Positions 13,159 through 25,726 are shown, numbered from the stretch's first letter. The stretch: 64,000 nt of DNA from Entomortierella parvispora E1425 (GCA_020891255.1 BQFW01000002.1:1488001-1552000); one strand, 5' to 3'. Program-made: numbers and translations. The notes: a model not told the origin generated them from the sequence alone.

Positions 13159-16100
13159 TTATGCAACAGTGTCAACGACTTGGGTTGGTTGCGATTCGAA
13201 GATGTCCTTCTTCTCCTTTTCTGAAGCCTCCGAGCCGACATCCAGAGTCTTCATAGCCGAGATCTTTTCTGTCTCGGTATCTTGGACAGCGAGCATCTCA
13301 ACCGAGTCCTGGGCCGAATCCACCTGTTCTTCCAAGACAAGTTCGAACTCCATGACCTTTTGCTCTGGCTCTTGAACGAACTCTTCGTCCTTCACTGCAG
13401 CTGTCGCCGACTTTGTTTCGGAGGCTGGCTGCTGGTCAGGTGTCTCTGGCGTCTTCACTTGGTCATCTTCCTTCAAAGTTTGAGCGCCATCGCTAGGCGA
13501 AGGCGAGGGTGGAAGCGGTATCATTGCCGCAACGTCCCCCACCTGGTTTTCTTCCACTTCTTCTTCTTCTTCTTCCACCAATATTTCAGCCGTCTTCACA
13601 ACTTCCATAGCTGCAACCGATCCTGGAATAGGGGGTAGGGCCGAAGTGGGTGGAGAGGGGACGGAGGAAGCCGCTCCAGGCGGTAGAGGAGCTAGACTCG
13701 AAAGCCGAGAAGAAAGACTAGAGTCCCGAGTAGAATTATGGTTCTTTCTGGGGACCGGTCCACCAAGAGATGCGGTGGTTATTCCGGCTGCAAAGGACCC
13801 CAAAGAGGATTGAGAAGACAAGGAAGAGGTCGAGGTCGAATGTCTGTGATTTGGAGGATGATGATGGTGATGAGGCTGATGTGTAGACGTTGGTCGGCTG
13901 GAATTGGGGCTGGTCGTGGCCGAGTTTGTGCTCGAGATTGAGAGAGCAGAGCTAGTCGAGGTTGCAGCAGCGACTACCGGAATATCAGGTTGCTGGGTGG
14001 ATGGAGGTGCCGGTAGCACCAAGCGACTGTTGAGAGGTAAGGAGATGTGCTTGCTCATCAACAGGCTGGTCCTGTGTGGGTTCGTGGACGGGGACGCTGG
14101 GGCCGAATCTTGACCAGATTTTGAAACCGACTGAGTCGCGACTGCGCCCAGCCTGGGAGAAGGCGTGGTGGTGCCGTTAGTCCGGATGGAGAACTGGGTA
14201 TCGTGAGCCATTGACATCAGGGCCGACTCTTGGGATTGACAACGCACGCGGGGCTTGGGATTAGAGGGTCGGTGAGCGGTGAGGATCTCGGGGTCATGGT
14301 GTCGAGGCACAATCTGAATCCGACGACCGGAACCATTAGAGAGCTGGTGGGTCAAACCTCCTCGGCCATTGGGAGAACTTGACTCGGGTTTCCCTTGAGA
14401 GGGCACGTCGGGCAAGGGCAGCGTGGGAGCAGGGGACAAAGGCCGGTCGGGTTGAGAAGTCATATAACCGGGCATGGTACTTGATCTGGACGGACTTCTG
14501 AAAGAGGCTGCCGATTCTCCTGGGTTGCCGAGACTCACATGCCGCTGTCGGACAGGAAAATCCCTATTGTGGCGAATGCTTGTGATCCTGGAAAGAGCTC
14601 CCTCTGATCCGTCCACGTTGTTCTCGGGTGTTGGAGACAGAGGTCTGGCATGGGGGGATGCAGCAGCGCTACCACTGTGCGATGGCGTCACTTGGGTCGA
14701 GCTTCGGAGAGAGACGCTCATCGGTCTGTGGACACTCCTTGGTGGAGGGGCAATGACAAGCGAGTTTCTCGGACTGGACCTGCTCATTTGACTTGGACTC
14801 AGTGGCCTTGACACGGGGCTCAACGGCCGTGAGGGACTGCCCACCATTCTTTGCGAACTTCGACGCGGCAGCGTAGCCGTACCAGAGTCTGGACGGTCTG
14901 ACGTTATGGAAGTACGACGGCTATAAAGACTGCCTCCACTCACGCTGCCGTGACCGGTGCTGCCCGAGCGACGGGCAGAAACATCGTGGTCGTAGCTGTA
15001 ATTGCCATCGTGATCGTCATACATGTCAATAATGGAGCTGCGTCGGCCATAGACATGTGTTGTATCCGCATTTGATGAAAGAGTTGAGCGATGTCTCTCA
15101 TCGTACGAGGGGACGTCTGCGCGTTCCATGACAGTGCTAAAGCTGGCATAGTCTGCTGTCGCATGAGCCGATGCAATGGTGGTACTGTTTGTCCTTCTGC
15201 GTGTGCCCTGTGTTTGCTCCTGCTCGTATCCTTGTGGCCTCGATCCTGGAATAGGCGTCGGCGGCTTTGACACCGTAGCCCGAGGGGGTGGGCTCAGACT
15301 TGGATTGGTCATCGATGACGGCGATGGATAAAGATCTGCATAAAACTGCGAGGGGTGAGGCGGCCGTGGGGGAGGCGAGGACGATCTAGGGACGATGGAC
15401 GTCGAATCGGACGTCAGTGCAGGCGAGTAAGGTCGAAGGATGTCTGCAGCCGCAAGCTCGTCCCCAGGGGGTCGTGACGAGTCAATCTGCCGATTCCGAT
15501 ACTGGAGGACTGTGCCCTTGAGGGCTCGAAGCCAAACGGCCATTTCCGCGGCTGTGTCCGCGAGCACGAACCATTCCTTCTCGTTCGGACTCGTGATTTG
15601 GAGACAGTACCGCTTGCCAGAGAATATGTCCGTGACACACACGATCGTCTCTGCAGTCAACGGCAGCGACTCCATGAGCGGATGCTGTGGATCCGCAGAC
15701 TTGAAGCAATGCAGTGACTTGTGCGTGAGGACAAAATACCTCCGCTTCCACTGCTTGCGCGAAAAGAAGGTCCTGGATGAAAACTTTGTCAGGTATCCCG
15801 TGTTGGCGGCCGAGCGCTCAAAGTTTCGCACGCGGAGCTGCAGCGGCACTTTAGTTCTCGACTCTGTGCCGGACTTGTTGCTCCCGTTGCTGGGCAGCGG
15901 TACTGAGGATTGCTTCAATCTCTCTATTGAGCCCTGTCTGGTCGACTGGGCCGGGTTATATTCTGTGCTGCCGTTCCCGTGCGAATAGGTTCCCAGAGGT
16001 GAAGGCAACGAGCTGGCTTTACTCATTGGCCGAGGCCTCTGTGGCCGGGACTGGCTAGTGATTGAAGAATTATCGTCATCTGTAGTCAGAGGACTCATGG

Positions 16101-16554
16101 TGGAGCTAGAGGAGTAAAAAGAATCTGTGGTTCCGTTCGAGTGGGCCGAATATGTTGATTGAGCCAGTGCGCTGGCCGGGGAAAGATCGCCGTTGAACTT
16201 GTTGTTGTATTGAGGCCTGAGTCTGTCGTTGGAGATGGCGCCGTTCCCGTTGCTTCTGTTGTAGTTGTAATGATATCCTCCTAGATCGGACTGCACCGGC
16301 ATCCCGTTGGTGTGCCTGGTCTCGGTCGGAAAGTGCTGATGTTGTTGGTTGTTCCTAGATGGATGGAGCGCGTTTTGAAGTTGCGTAAAGGCTCTTCGGA
16401 CGCCACTTGCAGACGTGGTTTCGTGGAAGAGACTGTGATGATGATAGTGGTGGTTGCTGGCAGAACTGCTGCTTCGAGAACCGGGTATAGGGGAGGGGCT
16501 GGGCGACTGCTCGGGCGAGGTGTGACTCGAGTACGAGGTCTTTTGTCGCAGCAT
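13159..16554 (-). CDS. PH-domain protein with long Ser/Pro-rich regions, 1131 aa
   Basis: Intronless ORF; PH signature GYLTK...QWKRRYFVL...WFVLADTAAEMAVWLRAL. Confidence 0.82.
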   Translation of the reverse strand: MLRQKTSYSSHTSPEQSPSPSPIPGSRSSSSASNHHYHHHSLFHETTSASGVRRAFTQLQNALHPSRNNQQHQHFPTETRHTNGMPVQSDLGGYHYNYNRSNGNGAISNDRLRPQYNNKFNGDLSPASALAQSTYSAHSNGTTDSFYSSSSTMSPLTTDDDNSSITSQSRPQRPRPMSKASSLPSPLGTYSHGNGSTEYNPAQSTRQGSIERLKQSSVPLPSNGSNKSGTESRTKVPLQLRVRNFERSAANTGYLTKFSSRTFFSRKQWKRRYFVLTHKSLHCFKSADPQHPLMESLPLTAETIVCVTDIFSGKRYCLQITSPNEKEWFVLADTAAEMAVWLRALKGTVLQYRNRQIDSSRPPGDELAAADILRPYSPALTSDSTSIVPRSSSPPPRPPHPSQFYADLYPSPSSMTNPSLSPPPRATVSKPPTPIPGSRPQGYEQEQTQGTRRRTNSTTIASAHATADYASFSTVMERADVPSYDERHRSTLSSNADTTHVYGRRSSIIDMYDDHDGNYSYDHDVSARRSGSTGHGSVSGGSLYSRRTSITSDRPDSGTATLPRRSSQRMVGSPSRPLSPVSRPLSPSQMSRSSPRNSLVIAPPPRSVHRPMSVSLRSSTQVTPSHSGSAAASPHARPLSPTPENNVDGSEGALSRITSIRHNRDFPVRQRHVSLGNPGESAASFRSPSRSSTMPGYMTSQPDRPLSPAPTLPLPDVPSQGKPESSSPNGRGGLTHQLSNGSGRRIQIVPRHHDPEILTAHRPSNPKPRVRCQSQESALMSMAHDTQFSIRTNGTTTPSPRLGAVATQSVSKSGQDSAPASPSTNPHRTSLLMSKHISLPLNSRLVLPAPPSTQQPDIPVVAAATSTSSALSISSTNSATTSPNSSRPTSTHQPHHHHHPPNHRHSTSTSSLSSQSSLGSFAAGITTASLGGPVPRKNHNSTRDSSLSSRLSSLAPLPPGAASSVPSPPTSALPPIPGSVAAMEVVKTAEILVEEEEEEVEENQVGDVAAMIPLPPSPSPSDGAQTLKEDDQVKTPETPDQQPASETKSATAAVKDEEFVQEPEQKVMEFELVLEEQVDSAQDSVEMLAVQDTETEKISAMKTLDVGSEASEKEKKDIFESQPTQVVDTVA

Positions 16555-19017
16555 CCGAGAGAGTCAATAGAGCTGGGGCAGGCGGCGGACCTACCAGGCT
16601 GAGCACAAAGGAAAGGATGGGTCAAAGGGATGGAGAAGGGATGGAGAAGGAAGAATACGGGGGGAGAAGTCGTAGGAGGATGGAAAATAAAGGGTCAGTC
16701 TTGAAGACCATGACAGGCACAGATAGATCCTCAGCAAGTTATCATCCTTTGCGTTTACAGGGGTCGATTGGTTTTACCTTGGGCTACAATTTGGTCAATA
16801 ACAAAGAAAGGAGGTCCTAGTTCGTATGAACAGGTGGAGGCATTGCCTTGAGCTGATCCCGAAGTACTGTTGATGTCGAGGAGGTGAATGTCAAGAGACA
16901 AAGGAAATAAGAAAGCGGAGGACAGGAAATAAAAAAATAAAAAATAAATCTATAAAAATGGCGGGAGTTTGAAGTGAGGGGTTGAGGGTTGCGGGGAACG
17001 GGAAGAGAGAGAGAAAGGACGCAGAAGAGAGCTAGCGGGAAGACGACTGTTCACGAATGTTGCTGCTTGATGGCAATGAGGGGTGTTGCAAATGGGACAA
17101 TGCAGTGAAGGATGACAAAGGGAAGGGGAAAAGGTAAAGGGAAAGGGAATGGAAAGAAGGAGGAGAGCGAAAGAGAGAACGAGTGTGGACAAGGGGCAAG
17201 CAGACAAAAGAAAGGAACAAAAAAAGTTCTTGCTGCTCACTCGCACGCACAACCCTTTTCTTGCTTGTGAACGGGGTCTGGCCATCGGACCATGAGTCGC
17301 CTTGTCGTTCTTTCTTTCCTCCCCTCTCCCTACTCCCGACCATGTCCCTTCTGCCGTTACCGTGTCTACCGGCGGTACCTCCTCCAGCGTCAACGGTGCA
17401 CTCCTTGCAGATCAATTGCTGGTAGAAACTTGAAAAAACAATGCTCCCAGGTTCTAATAGCCAGATTTCATTAGAAAAAGAGCAGGACACGGCACCGGTC
17501 AGGGTCCCATTGTCCTCGTCTCTCTTTCTCTTTCTTTTATTCATACTCTTCTTGTGTTTGGGTTGCCAGCAAGCTCCTGGGAGAGTAAACTTCTTATAGG
17601 CAGTCGCTGTTGAAGAGAGGTGGGATGGGAGCCATGATCTTTTTTTATTTTGCGTTTTGTCCCTTTTTCTATTGACTCTCTTATTTACGTAGCGTTGTGC
17701 GAGGTGAGAGCCTTGGCTTTCTAACAATCGATTTTTGTTCATCCAATCCGAGTCTGCTCATCACCCCTGACAGTTCTAGTCTATCTGTCTGTCGTGTGTG
17801 TGTTCGCGTGTTGATGTGAAGATGAAAAGGGTCGGTGGGGTGGGTGCGTTTGTGTTCAAGCAAAAAAAATTAAGGTGGAAGGTATCCTTGTGTCTCTACA
17901 GTCCTAAGGCCACTCGGCACCATTTCCGAGCCTGCGACCGCGAGAGTCCTCTCTTGTCTCTCTCTTCTCTCCCCCCTGACCTAACTGTCCAACCAGCCAA
18001 CCAACCAAACAAAAAAAAAACAATCGTTTACTGCCCACGTTGGGCTGGTTCGGGAAGATCACTCTTTTCCAGAGTACATATCACTCTCTTGTATTTTAGG
18101 AATGGGATGATGGGAAGAAGAATAGAGAACCTGTACTCCCCTATGGGGTGACCTTGGTTTCCTATTTTCAGACTTTCCGCGATCGACAGTTACTGTCCAT
18201 AGATGAGGCCATGGATACCATGGCAAAGCCAACGTGAAAACAAACTTGCAAGAAAAAAAAGGTAGTATAGGCAGCGGTCGTCTGACAACACAGACAATCA
18301 CAATCGTCAGATAATCGATGATCGAGCGAGCGACACCTGCTGGTGGGGGAGGTTACAACCGTCGGACTGCATCAAAGAGGGCATCCGTGCAAGTGGAATC
18401 AGACAGGCTCCCACCAGCTCCCTTTTTTTTCTTTGTTTTGAACTAACGCCTGCACATGGCAACACGTTTTTTTTTTTTTTTTTTGCTTTTTTGCTTTTTG
18501 TGTGTGTCCCACGCGCCGTCATAAGAGATGCGACGGATGCTGTCGATAGCAAGCTGCTGGGAAAAGGAAGGGAAAAGAAAGGGGGTGGAGGTCCTGACTC
18601 TGTGGCAAAAAAAAAAAAAAAAAAAAAAGATACAGCCCTATCCAACAGAAAGAGGGATGCAAGGATCGCCCATGACGGCCTGTCGGCCTCTCGTGCATCC
18701 ATTCTGACCCCGATTTGCTGACAAACCGCATCATATCCCCTCCGACGTCTTTGTCATGGTTGTGGCCCTTTTTATGGTTTTACAGTTTCTGCTCCTCATT
18801 TGTTCTTATGTTTTTTTGGGAGCATGTCTCTTTCGCTGCACAAAGGATAGAGGTTCACGGATCAAGATTGATCAACCATTGCTGCTTGAACCTCTTGTTT
18901 TCCGAAAAAAACAACCAACAACCAGTCATCATGGCCATTGACGCGAAACTATGAATGGCTGGTTGACAAGCACGCGCGTATGCACACATCCTTTTATAGG
19001 ATATATAGATCGGTTGT

Positions 19018-20445
19018 TTAGCCCATGATCTCTTCAATCTCACTTATGGTCTTTGGCACCGTCGTCAAGTTGTCGATGCCTGTCTCCGTGATAACGACAC
19101 AGTCCTCGATTCTCACTCCTCCTAGACGTTGGAATCGATCGAGGACCTCCCAGTCCACGAAGCGCGACAGAGTCTCGTCCTGCTTGGCCTCTTCAAGAAT
19201 ATACTCTGTAAAATATACCCCGGGCTCGACTGTCACCACAAAGCCCGCTTCCATCTTTCGTCGCATTCTCAAATACCTGAGACCGGGAGCCTGAATCCGC
19301 TCCACGCCCTTGGGGTAACCCCCAACGTCATGGACATCCAATCCAATCATATGGCCCAATCCATGAGGGAAAAAGATTCCGTCCACATGGTGCTCCAACA
19401 TGGTCTCGACTGAAAACTCTGATCGGAGGACGCCTGCTTGTTGAAGACCTCTGACGGCGATCTTGGCCGCTAGACGATGCATGGCCTCCCATTCCACTCC
19501 AGGCTTCAAAGCCTCCAGGACCGCCATCTGCATCTCGAGCACAATCTCGTACAGGGTTCTCATATCCGGAGTGAACTTTCCGTTCAAGGGATAAGTGCGT
19601 GTGATGTCCGAGGCATAGCAATCCTGTTCGGCGCCTGCATCGACCAGGATCAATTGACCAAGATCCTGATTGAACGAGGTCGAGTTCCGTCCATAGTACA
19701 ACGTTGCCGCATTGGATCCCACTCCGACAATTGGATTGTAGGCCTGGATCTTGGCGCCGCGACGGCCCGTCTCATATCGGAACAAGGCATCGAGTTCCGT
19801 CTCGGATTCACATTCCTTGGCGGCCTTCATCAGGACCACATGGGCATTGGAGGAAAGAAGGTTGATCTTCCTCATGCGTTCAATCTCGAATGCAGACTTG
19901 TGGATTCGGGCCTCGACAATGGCCTCCTTGAGCAATGAACTGTCAACGGCACCAAGGACAAGTCCTTCGGGGACTTCATGGGCATGAAGGGTATAAAGGG
20001 TCGAAGCACCAGACTTGTTGATCACAGACAGAAGCTCTGGTGCTCAACGGATCTCGTCCACATCGTACATGTTCAACAGTTCGGACGCGGATGGGTCCCG
20101 ACCTGCCCAAACGACCTCGTGCTCAGACTGCTGATGGGGGAGTAGGGTAAGATGGTGAGTTTTGATATCATAGACGACGTGCGCACCGTGCTCGTTGTAA
20201 CCAGTCAGGTAATAAAAGTTGGACTCTTGTCTGAACACGAGCTCCTGAAGAGCAAATATGAAAAAAAAGGCGGTTAGAGCTTTTCGACTAAACAGCACAA
20301 AAAAAAAACTCGGTCAGATTACCACATCAGTGTCGTGTCTCTCTTTCAAGGTATCACTCTTCAGGTAAACTAATCCTTCAGAAAGGCCGAGAATCCTGGC
20401 CACCTTGGCCCAATGTTGTTTGGCGGGGTACTTTGTCACGGTCAT
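19018..20445 (-). CDS. PEPD: Xaa-Pro dipeptidase (prolidase, M24B) carrying an in-frame TGA at 20046-20044
   Basis: Intron 20322-20245. Motifs FRQESNFYYLTG, VDAG..YASDITRT, HGLGHMIGLDVHD, TVEPG and GVRIED are intact. Exon 2 reads ...GAG ATC CGT TGA GCA CCA... in one frame. Confidence 0.9.
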
Positions 20446-20851
20446 ATCTGGGAGTAAAAGTTTCAATTTAGTCGCGCCATCCGAAAAAAAAAATGATAAA
20501 ATGACGCGTTGAACTGAACGCGAATGTAAACTAATGAGGCGGGAAATGTACCTACCCTTTTTGTGTGTGAAGATGAATGAGTTGAAGATGGAGAGGTGTG
20601 GAGAATGGGAGAAAAGGCAGAGATCATCTTTTTTTTTTAACTTTGGCCTTTGACTAAGCTGGTCAGCAGCTGCTCCCACGGCGATACGGCCAGGTTGTTC
20701 TCACAAAACAATTGGGAGATCGAGCACGCGGCGCCTTCTGCCTTGGTGCATTGTTGAGCGCATTTGGTGTCCATTCAACGGTAAAGCTTCTTTCACTTGC
20801 TCTCTCTCTCACGGTCAATGGTTTTCGGTCTTTTTATATGGGGAATCAACT

Positions 20852-23800
20852 CTATGAGAACTGTGCCGTATCATCGTAAAGGGCTTCGTCCGGGTCGAGA
20901 CCCTCGGGCATGTCCTCGTCAAAAAGACCTCCGGCCATACTAAAATGATCCTGGTCCACTTGCGGTCGGTCCAATGGTTGGCCGCCTTGGTCCAATGGTT
21001 GGCCGCCTTGGTCCGTATTAGAAGACGCTGGTCCATTGGACTGCACTCCTTTCCCAAAAATTGGCTGAAGGGCAAAGTTCAGAATAGTTTCATCTTCACC
21101 TTTACGCCCATCTTCAAAGTCGTCATTGTGTGCCATAGGCTGGTCAAGAATCCACGCGTTTTCTATCTGCCGCTTTTGTTGCTCTTGCTGCCGTTCTAGC
21201 TCTTGTTGTTTCTGCTGCTCTTGCTGCTGCCTCTGCTCCATATCTTCTGCAGAAGGAGGGTTGGAATCCCGATGCCGGTTGCCTCTCCTAGATTCGGAAA
21301 GTTCCCATCCAGCTCCTTTAGCCGCAGCCTTGCCTATGGGGTCTAATCCTCGTTCTGGTTCCTGAGACACGACTGACATGGTTGGATGAGCCTTCAAACC
21401 AAGGGGCATTAATCTTGTGGGTATCTTGAATATGGCCGAAGGTGCAGTGATCGCCATAACAGGATTGGGAAAATTTCCTAGAGTATCCTTGATGGGCGAG
21501 ACAGCAGGCGGACTGAATTCTCTCGTATCCTCCTCGTCTTCTTCGCTGTGCAGTCCCTCGGCAGTCTCGCGTGGACCATGGTATTCCATTGGAGGTTCGT
21601 CCGTCGAAGTAACAATCTGACCATGCGCTATCCGTCCTTGGATACTTCTATCCGATCTCGAGGAGGCTATCGACAGTGACGACGCCGAGAGAGAGGCCGA
21701 AGACATTGAGTTTGACTTTGGACGGTCCACTCGGCCGTAAACAGAGACTTTGAGGGAGCCTAAATCCTTGTGGTTTTCCAAGGGTGATTCCACTGATCCA
21801 GCAACAGAAGAAGTCATCTGACGCTTCTTTTCTTCCAGCAGCTTTTTCTCCATATCGATCATCCTTGGCGATTTGGGTTTCCAAGATGGAGGTCTTCCCC
21901 ACGGGTTTCGACTTGCAGTAGGATCAAATACAATGTCTGTTTCGGCCGAGCTCGTTATACTCGGAGACAAAATTGGCAAATGTTTCTTTGGCATTTGTAT
22001 ACTGCCATCCGTTTGCTGTTGTTCTGAAGCTTCGATCAATTCTGCTCTTGTTGAAGTCGACTCAGCAGGTAGCAGTTTCTCGGAAACAGATTTTGAAGGT
22101 GCCGACACCAATCGTAAGGGATCTTCACTTGTTGCGGACTTCGAAGGCGATTCCTTGGGGGAGGTGGATCGCATCATGAACGCTTTAACTGGAGTGCAGG
22201 CAGGGGACAGAGACTTAACTGGAACGCCATTGACGGAATCGCTATCGCCTTGGTACTTGGCAGGTCCTGACCTAAACCTTGAAAATATTGAAGACGACAT
22301 AGTGGGCCTTTTCGATGGGCCAGGAGAAGCCGCGAAAGGATCGGAGTCCTGGGCCGATCCGGCAGGTGGGCTTAGCGCCGGAAAAGGTCGCAGAGGTTTG
22401 GACAAAAGCGACATCTCTTCCTGAAACAGTTTCTTCTGCTGGGGGGTATGCATCAGCATCATTGGCATATTCAATGTTGACGAGCCTCCAGCTACTTTAG
22501 AGGCCTTTGGGGTTGGGGCCCGTAAGTCTTCCAGAGTCAATCCAGGTGAACGAGGCGCTCTTGACACTGGACGTGGCGGCAATGCGGTGACCATGAATGG
22601 GTTGTCATCATTCAGAGGCACACTCTTGTCAAACGACTTCAAATCGGCGATGGCTGTTTTAAAGTCGGTTCGACGTCGTTTGGATGGAGTCGCTGGAGCA
22701 GGCATGTCGTCATCGTCGTCGAAAACATTGTAGATGTCCTTCCTTGATGGCTGATCGGCCTGCCGAGCCAATGTTGGAGGTGCAAAGAGAGATGGTACCG
22801 TATTTTCCGCAGGGGGTTCGAAGGACTGGCGTCTCTTCTTTGACAATCCCAAGCGAGGTCGAAATATTGACCTTGAAAATAATGGACTGAGAGGCGTAGG
22901 AGAAGTCAAAGCCTTTAGTGGTGATTTGCTGATGTCCAGAGTGCCTGATACTGCCGCTTTCAGCTTTGCTGAAAATAAGCCCTCATTCGCATTGTCTCCT
23001 GATTGGACACCTTCCCGATCTTTTCCTTTCTCAGCGAAAGCCAACGCCATAGAGCGGTTTGCTGGCTTCTTTGGAATATCTCTAGTGTCCACTACGGCTG
23101 ACAGAAGCGAATGCTTGGCTTCAGTATCATTGAAAACTGATGTGACAGTTTCCAAAGGCCTTTCTGGTTCGATGATATGTATCCCCTAAAATATAAATGT
23201 TTCGACGGTAAGGACAAGTTCCACTCCCGGAGACACTGTTATTTGATCAAGTACGAACCTTTTTATCCTTATACGGTTGGGTCGTCCTCTTGTTACCACC
23301 AATGTCCGCCCCTATCAAGTCTGGTTGCATGGTCTTAGGAGTGATTGGTAATTGCGGCTCTGCACCAGTCATCACGGCGCTGTTTATCCCGTCAGGACCA
23401 AGCGGCGTATGTGGGCTTTGCAAAGACAAATTCGATGGTGGTCGGATGGTGGATTTCAGTCCATGAAACTTGAAGCCGCTGGACTTTGGCATCGACATTG
23501 ATTTGGCTCCTTCCGGCCGCAATGTTGCTGAAGTAGAGGGTTTCCGAGTAGATGCTTTCTCAAAGTTTTGAGGGTGAGGAGTCAATACGGGCCGCTTGGT
23601 TTTGAGGATGTTATACACTTCATCTAAAGACATAAAGGAGTCAGCGATCATGTCTGATATGAGCAGCATCCTCTAACCATGTAATAATGTGGCAGTACTT
23701 ACTTTTGTTCCCAAGCTTTTCTAAAAGGCCAATGTTGATTCTCCCGTGTGAGTCTCGTTTCTCCTTGACAGATCCAAGGGCTAGCTGTCTGATGGTTTTC

Positions 23801-25726
23801 AATCTCTCTGGTGTAGGTGGAGCTAATAGCCAGAATGATCGGGATGAAATCTTAGATAAATAGATACAACCTTCCTCCTTCCTGGTAGCATGATGCTGTC
23901 CAATGCTTACCATGATTGTCCGCTGAAGTTAGGCTAGAAACAAGAATACTGGACGTGGCTTCCGCCTCCTTCTGTATATCTTCCAGTGACATTTGAGATA
24001 TAGCGCTCAAACTGGTGACTCCCTTAAAGTCAGTCCCCGTTACAGACGGCAACAGACGGTAGTACGGTCTATTAAGGATATTCTTCTCTCTACGCGTGCG
24101 TAATATTAACGGGTTAGAACAGCGCCTTTACTCACCAAGTATTAGTACAGTGAATACGCACGCACCTTTGTAGCCTCTCTACGGTCCTGCGAGACTCCTT
24201 CAGACGGTTCTCGAGGCAAGTCCTGGACGCTCGTAGCCTGTCTAACCGCCGGGTTTGGTTACTTCCTGCACTCATGCCTGACTGTGCGCCCTTGAAATTA
24301 CTGTTAGGAACTCTCGCCCCTAATATCTGAAGGGATCTGCTCCATTCTTTCCTAACTGAGGTAGCATCAAGTCGAGGTCCTTTCCCGTTTTGTTCGATGG
24401 ACGAAGTATCTTTGCCGCCCAGGTACCGTTCCCAATGACCCAAGATTGGTTCCCATGCTGCGCTCTTATGATCAATCCATTTCCTGTCCAAAGTTCTCAT
24501 TTCGTCCGCCGTCGCCAAGGCCGATCTTTGAACGCCCAACGTTTGGCGGTTCATGAAGTGACGTCGATCTGCCTCCAAAGCGGCCTACATCAAAAAGACG
24601 AGACATGTTAGTATAAAGAGCAAGAGTCCCTTCTTTTCACCCTCTTCTGCAGCCAAACTTTCTAAAGGAGGTTTTTTTCAATAGAAGGGTCGACATCAAG
24701 ACTTACCAGTTCTTTTGAATACATATTTGATTTTGAGGTGAGCTGGGCGCGGTTTGAGCTCCACTCTTGTCTGATTCTCTGATAATCGTCAATTGCTGGC
24801 TGGTCTTGCTGGGTCTTTTTGGAGACGTAGTCGTCAATCATCCTTAGAAGCTGTTCCTCTTTCTCTCCTGATGCAGGTGTTTGGCTCGCCAGTGAGCACA
24901 GTGTTTTGTAGCTGTCCAGTTCCTTATTGGGATGGCCGTTGCTTTCCGCTTGGCGATGGCGCTCTTCGTCCTTGAAACCCCGCGAGAGAACATATGTAGA
25001 CAACACCAAGACCAACTGCTCAATCCTTTCGCCAATAGAATCGTCCAGATAACTGCGTCGGATGGTGGGTAAGAATATCCCCAATCCTCCTCCTCCTCCG
25101 ATGGCACCACCGCCTGAATTTGAGCTCTCTTCAGGCCTCAACAGGTTGTGCCCGATAGCAAAACAGCCTTCCTTGCGGAGATCCTCGAGCCACTTGAAGA
25201 CTACGTTCCTGAACTCGCGAGCGTCGTGTCGATCCTGGATTGGCCAACAATCCTTGAACCGCTCCCGTGCCAGAGTCTTGTCGAGTTTTGAAAGCAAGAA
25301 CCAGAACACAAACTCCAGGGCTTTGGTGGACTGATGACCTTTGGCAAAGACGTGTTTGTGCAAATCTAATGGTCTGGATGGTACAGCTCCATAACCACAT
25401 GTCGAATCAATAACTAAATGTTGGCTTGCTTCCGGATGCTGTGGATGCACTCCTTCCTGATTCACGTCCTGTGTCGACCGGGACGAATGCTCTTCGACTC
25501 CCAAAAGTAGTAGATTCGTAAAGAAGACGGAGCGAATGTTTTCTGGCGAGGCGCGGTAGTTTGGCGGCGGCGGAACCGCACTGGCGATAGGGGGGGTGGA
25601 CATAGGCATGGTGGTGTTCCCATGCATGTGTTTTCGACAATGGCAATTGGCATCAATGGCGAACGCGACTGTGTTGTCTTCTGAGCTTCTGTCAGAAGGA
25701 AGAGACGCGAAAAGCAGTCCGCACAT
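20852..25726 (-). CDS. HAUS6: Augmin/HAUS subunit 6-like protein, 6 exons, about 1470-1480 aa
   Basis: N-terminal FFTNLLLLG...ALEFVFWFLL...CWPIQDRHDAREFRNVVFKWL resembles the HAUS6 N-domain. Introns 24706-24585, 24165-24090 (or -24069), 23910-23823, 23702-23624 and 23258-23186 give one continuous frame. Confidence 0.75.
20968..21014 (-). repeat. 21-nt coding tandem repeat (DQGGQPL x2) in the HAUS6 tail
   Basis: GGTCCAATGGTTGGCCGCCTT starts at 20968 and 20989, with a partial copy at 21010. Confidence 0.9.

Noticed and set aside
18780-19017. Possible SECIS in the prolidase 3' UTR (ATGATGAC...AAAA...TGAT) that would make the TGA a selenocysteine codon
   Set aside because: Helix II above the GA/GA core does not pair properly, prolidases are not a known selenoprotein family, and the position aligns with an aromatic residue, not Cys.
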